Shown here in pieces: positions 48,003 through 55,262 of a DNA stretch of 64,000 nucleotides. The first letter of the stretch is position 1; every line of letters begins with the position of its first letter. The position numbers were made by a program, and so were the translations under genes. The notes beneath the pieces were generated by a model. It made no database searches, was not told the DNA's origin, and saw only the letters and a program-made list of their open reading frames with translations. Location: assembly GCA_017465565.1 (NCBI GenBank), contig JAFTWA010000046.1, positions 1,897 to 65,896 of the forward strand, read 5' to 3'. The stretch comes from Tyzzerella sp. Its GTDB lineage: Bacteria; Bacillota; Clostridia; Lachnospirales; Lachnospiraceae.

Positions 48003-48812
48003 ATGTATTTAGAAGAGATTTTTGGATTAAAAGGGAAAACGGCTGTTATCACAGGTGCTGGCAGAGGAATTGGACAGGTGGTTGCAGTTGGACTTGCAAA
48101 AGCCGGTGCAGAAATCGCAATCGTGTGTCGCAGTGGTGCAGATGAGACAATTCAAATGATAGAGGAAGCTGGCGGAAAGGCGTATTTTGTACCATGCGAT
48201 GTTACAGATGAGGCGGCCGTAAAGAGCGCAGTTACAGAAATTATTGAGAAATCTGGGAAAATTGATATTTTGTTCAACAATGCGGGCATTTGTTATCACA
48301 AAAAAGCAATCGTTTTGGAAGGTGAAGATTTAGGCGGACTTAACGATGGCGAGGCTGCGGTAGAAGAGTTTAGAAATGTGATGGATGTAAATCTTACAGG
48401 CGAATATATTATGGCAGTTGCAGTTGCAAGAACCATGATTGAAAAGAAGATTAAAGGCAGCATCATCAATATGGCTTCTATGTCAGGTTCTATCGTAAAT
48501 GTTCCACAGTGTCAAGCGGCTTATAATGCATCCAAAGCAGCGGTAATACACATGTCGAAATCTCTGGCGATTGAGTGGGCGGAGTACGGTATCCGTGTAA
48601 ATTCCATTAGTCCAGGATACGTTGGAACTCCAATGTCACAGCCTCCTTTTGTACATCAAGAGCTGCTTGATGCATGGAATCCGATGTTCCCATTGCATCG
48701 TATGGCAAAACCAGAAGAATTAGTTCCTGCGATATTATATTTGACATCTCCTGCTGCTGGTTATACCACGGGCAGTGATATTGTTGTGGATGGTGGTTAC
48801 ACTTGCATTTAA
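48003..48812 (+). CDS. SDR family oxidoreductase (polyol dehydrogenase/sorbose reductase-like)
   Basis: TGAGRGIG, NNAG, ASMSG.IVN.PQ.QAAYNASKA, VNSISPGY, VDGGY. Confidence 0.92.
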   Translation: MYLEEIFGLKGKTAVITGAGRGIGQVVAVGLAKAGAEIAIVCRSGADETIQMIEEAGGKAYFVPCDVTDEAAVKSAVTEIIEKSGKIDILFNNAGICYHKKAIVLEGEDLGGLNDGEAAVEEFRNVMDVNLTGEYIMAVAVARTMIEKKIKGSIINMASMSGSIVNVPQCQAAYNASKAAVIHMSKSLAIEWAEYGIRVNSISPGYVGTPMSQPPFVHQELLDAWNPMFPLHRMAKPEELVPAILYLTSPAAGYTTGSDIVVDGGYTCI

Positions 48813-48852
48813 TGGCATCAAGAGACAATTAAAAGTAGATGAGGGATGGAAC

Positions 48853-49779
48853 ATGAAGTGGAATAAACCAAATAATAGTAAAATTATTTCTAAATTGAAT
48901 CGACCAGAAGGAAAGGTGCGTCTAGTTATTGATTCAGATGCGTACAATGAGATTGACGACCAATATGCAATCGCGTATGCGTTGAAAAAACAGGACAGAC
49001 TGCAGATAGAAGCAATCTATGCGGCGCCATTTTTTAATGATAATGCAGATTCTGTGCAGGATGGAATGGAAAAAAGTTATGCAGAGATAAAAAGGCTTTT
49101 GCATATTATGAAAAGAGAGGATTTGACAGAGCGTGTGTATAAAGGTTCTGTAGATTATCTGAAGGATGAGGATACTCCGCAGGAATCAGAGGCGGCAAGG
49201 GATTTGGCCCAAAGAGCGATGGCAATGCCAGAGGGAGAAATCTTATACGTGGCGGCGATTGGAGCTATTACCAATATTGCTTCTGCGCTTTTGATGGAGC
49301 CTGCAATTGTAGATAAAATCGTATTAATTTGGCTCGGTGGACATGCTCATTACTGGAAGCATACAAAAGAGTTTAATTTGATACAGGATGTTGCAGCGGC
49401 GAGAGTGGTTTTTGACAGTGGAGTACCGATGGTACAGATTCCATGTATGGGTGTCACCAGTCATTTGGCGACAACAGAGCCAGAACTGCGGGCTCATTTA
49501 AAAGGGAAAAGTGAGATTGGAGATTATCTCTATCAGATTACCTGCGATATTGCGGCTAGACAGGAAGGAAAGTATTGGAGCCGAATCATTTGGGACATTT
49601 CTACGATTATGTGGCTTGTTGGACCACAAAAGTGTCTGTCTGAGCAACTGGTGCACAGCCCAATTGTAACTTATGATGGAACCTATAGCGTAGATACGAG
49701 AAGACATTTTATCAAGGTAATCAGTTGGTTTGAGAGAGATCAGATTTTCGAAGAATTATTTACTGTATTGGGAGAGTAG
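48853..49779 (+). CDS. Nucleoside hydrolase (IU-NH) family protein
   Basis: IDSDAYNEIDDQYA, IGAITNIA, WLGG, EFNL.QD, IWD. Confidence 0.88.
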   Translation: MKWNKPNNSKIISKLNRPEGKVRLVIDSDAYNEIDDQYAIAYALKKQDRLQIEAIYAAPFFNDNADSVQDGMEKSYAEIKRLLHIMKREDLTERVYKGSVDYLKDEDTPQESEAARDLAQRAMAMPEGEILYVAAIGAITNIASALLMEPAIVDKIVLIWLGGHAHYWKHTKEFNLIQDVAAARVVFDSGVPMVQIPCMGVTSHLATTEPELRAHLKGKSEIGDYLYQITCDIAARQEGKYWSRIIWDISTIMWLVGPQKCLSEQLVHSPIVTYDGTYSVDTRRHFIKVISWFERDQIFEELFTVLGE

Positions 49780-49786
49780 GAGAAGT

Positions 49787-50719
49787 ATGAAAGTATTATG
49801 TTTTGGCTCTTTAAATATAGATTACACATATAAACTAGACCATTTCGTTCAAAAGGGCGAGACCATATCATCCAAAGAATTGAACGTATGCAGCGGCGGT
49901 AAAGGATTGAATCAGTCCATTGCTTTGGCGAAGGCAGGTGCAGATGCATATCACGCTGGGGCCATTGGCGAGGATGGGAGATTTCTGCTGGAACAATTAG
50001 AAGAAGCAGGAGTGAATACAGACTGTATCAAGGTGTTATCAGATGTGAGAAGTGGCAATGCGATTATTCAAAATGATACGAGTGGAGATAATTGTATTAT
50101 CTTATACGGTGGTGCAAATCAGGCTATCACGAAAGCCCAAGTGGACGAGGTTATGTCTGAATTTGAAAAAGGGGACTACATCATACTTCAGAATGAAATC
50201 AACGAGCTGCGTTATATTATGGAGTGTGCGAAACAGAATGGCATGAAAATTGTACTTAATCCATCTCCTATGAATGGGAAAATCTTAGAACTTCCATTAG
50301 AATATGTGGATTATTTTATGTTGAATGAGATTGAAGCCCTACAGATACTTGAGAGAGAAAACGTACTGAATCTGCGTGGTGAGGAAATAGCAAAAGACAT
50401 AAGAACCAGGTTCCCAAATGCAGCGATTGTACTGACGATGGGAGAAGCGGGCTCTATATATGTGGATTCAAATGGAATCGTAAGGCAGCCTGCCTACAAG
50501 GTGAAGGCAGTTGATACTACGGCAGCAGGTGACACTTTTACGGGATTCTTTATTGGTGGAATCATAAAGGGATTAAACGTAAAAGAGGCTATGAATGTGG
50601 CGGCTAAGGCATCAGCAATTGCGGTAACCAGGCAGGGAGCGGCACCTTCTATTCCTACATGGGAGGAAATAGAACATCTTAAGAGGCTGTTACAGCAAGC
50701 TAATATTAAGGTGAATTAA
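49787..50719 (+). CDS. rbsK: Ribokinase (PfkB family) with a C-terminal tail homologous to the Rpn gene end
   Basis: GSLNID, GGKGLNQ, QNE, NPSP, NEIE, DTTAAGDTF, GAAPSIP. Confidence 0.9.
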   Translation: MKVLCFGSLNIDYTYKLDHFVQKGETISSKELNVCSGGKGLNQSIALAKAGADAYHAGAIGEDGRFLLEQLEEAGVNTDCIKVLSDVRSGNAIIQNDTSGDNCIILYGGANQAITKAQVDEVMSEFEKGDYIILQNEINELRYIMECAKQNGMKIVLNPSPMNGKILELPLEYVDYFMLNEIEALQILERENVLNLRGEEIAKDIRTRFPNAAIVLTMGEAGSIYVDSNGIVRQPAYKVKAVDTTAAGDTFTGFFIGGIIKGLNVKEAMNVAAKASAIAVTRQGAAPSIPTWEEIEHLKRLLQQANIKVN

Positions 50720-50837
50720 GGATATTAATAGATAACATTATGACAAGTTCTAATAACATAAATCAATCCTAAAAACATTGTGAAAATGTTAAAATATGAG
50801 AAATATAAATTAACATAATTACAAGGAGGATTCATTT

Positions 50838-52157
50838 ATGAAAATCACATTCATGGGTGCGGGCAGCACTGTGTTTGCCCGAAACGTAATTGGGGACTGT
50901 ATGTGTTCAGAAGTACTCAGGAACAGTACATTCTCACTCTATGATATTGATGCCAGCCGTTTGGAGCAAAGTAGGGTAATCTTGGAAAAGATGCGCGAAA
51001 CGATGGGCGGCTATGGAAAAATTGAGTGCTACTGCGGAGAGGAAAACCGCAAGGAGGCACTTCGTGATGCGGCATTTGTGGTGAATGCCATTCAGGTTGG
51101 AGGGTACGAACCGGCAACGGTTGCCGACTTCGAGATTCCGAAGAAATACGGTCTCTTACAGACAATAGGTGACACTCTTGGGATTGGCGGCATTATGCGT
51201 GCGTTACGCACGATTCCTGTTATGGAAGCATTTGCGCGTGATATGGAAGAGGTTTGTCCAGATGCATGGTTTTTGAATTATACAAATCCAATGAGTATCC
51301 TTACTGGTTATATGCAAAGATATACTTCAATAAAAACTGTTGGGTTATGTCATAGTGTGCAGGTATGTGCAAAAGGTCTTTTAAAAGCGGTTGGAATGGA
51401 AGATAAGCTGGAAGGTCATAAGGAACTGATTGCAGGTATCAACCACATGGGTTGGCTCCTTGAACTGAAGGATAAAGATGGGGAAGACCTTTATCCTGCA
51501 ATTAAAGAAAAGATAGAAGAAAAGCTGGCGGATCCAGATTTCAAGGATAAGGTACGCTTTGATTATATAAAGAATTTTGGATACTATTGTACAGAGTCTA
51601 GTGAGCATAATGCTGAGTATAATATGTTCTATATTAAATCGAAGTACCCAGAATTAATCGAAAAATACAACATTCCACTGGATGAGTATCCAAGAAGATG
51701 CATAAAACAGATAGAAGGCTGGAAGAAGGAGTATCAGGAGTTGTTGGAAGGTGGAGTGAAAGAACATGCGCGTTCCAGAGAGTATGCATCGCATATTATG
51801 GAGGCGATTGTTACTGGAAATCCATACCAAATTGGAGGAAATGTGTTAAATAAAGGCCATTTAATTAAGAATCTTCCGGAGAATGCCTGCGTGGAGGTTC
51901 CGTGTCTTGTGGATGGAATGGGAATTCATCCATGCTATGTGGGAGAACTTCCAGTACAGTGTGCAGCCATGAATATGACGAATGTAAATGTTCAATTACT
52001 CACAATTGAAGCGGCACATACGAAGAAACGTGAGCACGTATATCAGGCTGCAATGTTAGACCCGCATACAGGAAGTGAGTTGGACATTGACACAATCAAG
52101 AGAATGGTAGATGAATTGCTGGAAGCACACAAAGAATATTTACCAGAATATAAATAA
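50838..52157 (+). CDS. melA: GH4 alpha-galactosidase
   Basis: MGAGSTVF, QTIGDTLGIGG, NYTNP, GLCHSVQ, GINH, TESSEHNAEY, DPHT. Confidence 0.93.
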   Translation: MKITFMGAGSTVFARNVIGDCMCSEVLRNSTFSLYDIDASRLEQSRVILEKMRETMGGYGKIECYCGEENRKEALRDAAFVVNAIQVGGYEPATVADFEIPKKYGLLQTIGDTLGIGGIMRALRTIPVMEAFARDMEEVCPDAWFLNYTNPMSILTGYMQRYTSIKTVGLCHSVQVCAKGLLKAVGMEDKLEGHKELIAGINHMGWLLELKDKDGEDLYPAIKEKIEEKLADPDFKDKVRFDYIKNFGYYCTESSEHNAEYNMFYIKSKYPELIEKYNIPLDEYPRRCIKQIEGWKKEYQELLEGGVKEHARSREYASHIMEAIVTGNPYQIGGNVLNKGHLIKNLPENACVEVPCLVDGMGIHPCYVGELPVQCAAMNMTNVNVQLLTIEAAHTKKREHVYQAAMLDPHTGSELDIDTIKRMVDELLEAHKEYLPEYK

Positions 52158-52210
52158 GAAGGATGTTGGAATGCTACAACATTAAAAATCGAAAATGTAA
52201 AAAGGTTTTT

Positions 52211-52239
52211 GGCTGCCACTTTGATGTGGCGGCCTTTTT
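52211..52239 (+). terminator. Rho-independent terminator
   Basis: ggctgccac-tttgat-gtggcggcc-ttttt. Confidence 0.8.
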
Positions 52240-52350
52240 GTGGTTTTCATTCTTGACATAGTTATTGGGAAATATCAAAGCAAAATTGACGAATTTGCAA
52301 AAAAATGATAGTATAAAAACAATGAATTTGTTGAAAGGTGGAAATTTGAG

Positions 52351-52707
52351 ATGCCCATGCTTATAAGCGAACGTATATATAAATATCTCGAAGAAAAGAA
52401 AATGTCACAATTAGAGTTTGCGAAAAGAACGGGCATTTCGCAAAGTACAATAAGCGATTGGCGAAGAAAAGGTACGAACCCATCTGCTGATAAGATTATG
52501 ATTATATGTGATGTGCTTGATATTTCACCATATGAATTGTTAATGGATACAGAAAACAGGAAACATAAGGATTATAAAAAAACAGATTATATTATAATAG
52601 ATAAGCATTCTAAAGAATATGGACTTATAGAAACATATCAAACCCTTGATTTGGATGCACGAAAGCGCTTAGAAGGATATATGAGTGCATTAGGAGATAT
52701 GAAATAA
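52351..52707 (+). CDS. Xre-family helix-turn-helix regulator
   Basis: MSQLEFAKRTGISQSTISDW..KGTNPS..I..ICDVLDIS..ELL. Confidence 0.9.
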   Translation: MPMLISERIYKYLEEKKMSQLEFAKRTGISQSTISDWRRKGTNPSADKIMIICDVLDISPYELLMDTENRKHKDYKKTDYIIIDKHSKEYGLIETYQTLDLDARKRLEGYMSALGDMK

Positions 52708-52752
52708 TAGTATGTCAATGGTGTTGACATACTATTATTTTTGCGATACTAT
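52702..52752 (+). promoter_or_regulatory. Perfect 17-bp inverted repeat whose right arm carries the -35 of the next promoter
   Basis: aaataatagtatgtcaa-tggtg-ttgacatactattattt; TTGACA(52724)-17-TACTAT(52747). Confidence 0.65.
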
Positions 52753-52783
52753 ATCGTATATACGAATTGAAGGAGGAATAAGC

Positions 52784-53335
52784 ATGGGAACGTTTGCAGG
52801 AATATTTGCTGAAAAAGAAGACAATATACCAGAGAGTAAAAAGGATGAATTTGTGGAACGCATAGAAAAATTATATCAGGCTGGCGGAATGATGGAAATT
52901 CAGCCAATTCAGTTATATGGTAAAAAAGTTGCAACAATCCGCAAGGCTACAATGAGGGAATCGAGTATGGATTTTTACTATAATTACTTCGAAGATGATT
53001 GTTGGGAGAATGCGGGATTTAATAGAGGAAATCGCTCTGTCTGGAGTAATAAAATAGGATGGAGTCATTTTCACACAGCCGTAGTTGCGGCATATGTTGT
53101 TCCTATTTCGACAGAAAAGCTTTTTAATCAGTTGCCGGATGATATGATACCAGATGGACCAGAATATGAAAATGTTGGATTGCATTATTGGGGAGAAGAA
53201 CCGAGACGTCGTCTAATGAACAATTGGAAGAGCACTGATTTATGCAAGAGAAATAATAAGGCACGTGTAACTTTTCGAAGATATATGGCTTTGGTGGCAA
53301 ATAAAGAACTGAGAAGGAAAGTGTTTGGGTTTTAA
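52784..53335 (+). CDS. Hypothetical protein (possibly an internally deleted relic)
   Basis: ATG after AAGGAGG, 183-aa open frame, no recognised motif. Confidence 0.6.
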   Translation: MGTFAGIFAEKEDNIPESKKDEFVERIEKLYQAGGMMEIQPIQLYGKKVATIRKATMRESSMDFYYNYFEDDCWENAGFNRGNRSVWSNKIGWSHFHTAVVAAYVVPISTEKLFNQLPDDMIPDGPEYENVGLHYWGEEPRRRLMNNWKSTDLCKRNNKARVTFRRYMALVANKELRRKVFGF

Positions 53336-53375
53336 GTTGGCAGAGTGTGGTACGTAATCTGATTTACAACACTAT

Positions 53376-53458
53376 AAAATAAAAACGAAAAATACGTTGA
53401 TAATTTCTAAGAATAGGGATATAATACAATTACAACAAAATAAAAACGAAAAATGCGT
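53376..53458 (+). promoter_or_regulatory. Promoter bracketed by 22-bp direct repeats
   Basis: aaaataaaaacgaaaaat(a/g)cgt at 53376 and 53437; TTGATA(53397)-17-TATAAT(53420). Confidence 0.75.
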
Positions 53459-53481
53459 AAATAAATTTATGGAGGTATGCC

Positions 53482-54630
53482 GTGAAAGTTCTTAGAATTA
53501 CAGCAAAAGGATTACCCTTGTTTAAGGAAGAATTAGACGTATCATTTTATGCTCAACAACGTGTTGCAGAGGATGATAAAGATATATTATATTCACTTTT
53601 TTCAAATATATATATGAATTGTGCCGATGCCTTTATTGGAATTAATGCAGCTGGAAAAACATCTGTGCTCAAGGCAATTGTTTTGGCGTTAAATATCTTG
53701 AATAATCAGCCAATAAACCATATTGAAACAAGGGACATTCTTGGGGATACCCCAAAAGCAATTATTAATATATATTTTTATTCTGATTCAAAAGAAATTT
53801 GTAGATTGGAAACAGTAATTACTTCTGAAAAATCAAAGACAGATTCAAATTATTATAGAATAGTTGATGAAAAGTTGTGGAGCAAACCACAGGAATCAGT
53901 AATTGTTAGAAAAAATTTGACAGATTTTTCTGTTTATGAGCCAATTGCAGTGCGAAGCAAAGAGGAAGCGTTTCTCTCTGATGACGTAAGTATTATTATT
54001 GCTCACAACAAAAGACAAAAAGAACATATGGATATTGTCAGTTTGTTATCGTTTACTAATATCAATGTTTTACCATTTGCAGACGAAGTACCGGTTGAGA
54101 TTATTTCTTTTTTAGACCCGACAGTTGAAAAGTTATATTTTGACAAAAGTGAAAAGAAAACCTTGATACATTTGCAATTTAAGGGCAGAGAAGAAATTGT
54201 GCTGAACAATTCGATTGAGCTTAATCATTATCTATCTTCTGGAACAGTTAAAGGTATTGTTACGTTTACATTGGCAAAGGAAGTCTTAAAAACAGGAGGA
54301 TATCTTGTTATAGATGAGATTGAAAATCATTTCAATAAAGAGATTGTTTCTACGTTGATTCGGTTTTTTATGGACACAAAACTAAATAAGAAGGGTGGAA
54401 CAATTATTTTTACCACACATTATCCAGAACTACTTGACGAATATGATCGAAATGATGGTATTCATATTATTCGTAATAAAAATGGAATTACAGTAGAAAA
54501 TCTTTCTAACATATTAAAGAGAAATGATATAAAAAAAAGTGAGGCATATCAGAGTGGGTTTCTTGAAGGAACAACGCCGATGTATGAATCTTATATACAA
54601 TTGAAAAGAAGCATTGCAAGTTCTATTTAG
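53482..54630 (+). CDS. ABC-type/AAA_21 ATPase (RloA/AbiLi-like, putative defence)
   Basis: Walker A GINAAGKT, signature LSSGT, Walker B LVIDEIE, H-loop FTTH; no membrane segments. Confidence 0.85.
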   Translation: MKVLRITAKGLPLFKEELDVSFYAQQRVAEDDKDILYSLFSNIYMNCADAFIGINAAGKTSVLKAIVLALNILNNQPINHIETRDILGDTPKAIINIYFYSDSKEICRLETVITSEKSKTDSNYYRIVDEKLWSKPQESVIVRKNLTDFSVYEPIAVRSKEEAFLSDDVSIIIAHNKRQKEHMDIVSLLSFTNINVLPFADEVPVEIISFLDPTVEKLYFDKSEKKTLIHLQFKGREEIVLNNSIELNHYLSSGTVKGIVTFTLAKEVLKTGGYLVIDEIENHFNKEIVSTLIRFFMDTKLNKKGGTIIFTTHYPELLDEYDRNDGIHIIRNKNGITVENLSNILKRNDIKKSEAYQSGFLEGTTPMYESYIQLKRSIASSI

Positions 54631-54644
54631 ATAGGAGGCATGCG

Positions 54645-55172
54645 ATGGAGTTAGCAAAGATAAAGGCATGTATTTGTGAAGGTGCGGCAGAAGCAGCAAT
54701 TATGGATGTGTTGTTAGATAACGATCTTCTAATATTTCAGCGTAAAGAAATGCTAGAAGAAGGAGTAATTCGTTGCAGAGACGGAAAAAACTTCGAAAAC
54801 AGGTATTTGAGAAAAGGTTTTGGCAATTCGATTTCCGTAATTCGAATATTGGATTCTAGAAGGGAGAATTTTAAAATTAGTAAAGCATATGAAAGTAAGG
54901 TAGATGTAATTAACATAATTACGGCACCAGAAATAGAGATGCTTATTATATTAAGTGAGGGTAAATACAATGAATTTAAAAAATCTGGGAAAAAGCCAAG
55001 CATTTTCTGTAAGGAAAATTTAAAAATGTCTAGTATAAAATCTTATGATTTTGTAAGGGAATATTTTCAACATCCAGCACGGCTGGTTGGAGCAATAAAA
55101 AAATATACTGAAATATCGAAAATCAGAAAAGGAGAAAATACATTGTTAGATTTATTGAAACACAGCCGATGA
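54645..55172 (+). CDS. Small partner protein with TOPRIM/RloB-like motifs
   Basis: CICEGAAE, RILDS, PEIEMLII; 14 nt after ATPase stop, RBS AGGAGG. Confidence 0.65.
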   Translation: MELAKIKACICEGAAEAAIMDVLLDNDLLIFQRKEMLEEGVIRCRDGKNFENRYLRKGFGNSISVIRILDSRRENFKISKAYESKVDVINIITAPEIEMLIILSEGKYNEFKKSGKKPSIFCKENLKMSSIKSYDFVREYFQHPARLVGAIKKYTEISKIRKGENTLLDLLKHSR

Positions 55173-55222
55173 AATCATCTTGTGCAGTCCTGGGTTTAGC
55201 TCATAAGCGGGGCCTGCAAACA

Positions 55223-55255
55223 GGCACCCATACTATATAGATATAGCAGGGTGCC
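55223..55255. terminator. Hairpin between convergent genes
   Basis: ggcaccc..ctata/tatag..gggtgcc. Confidence 0.55.
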
Positions 55256-55262
55256 CCTATTA

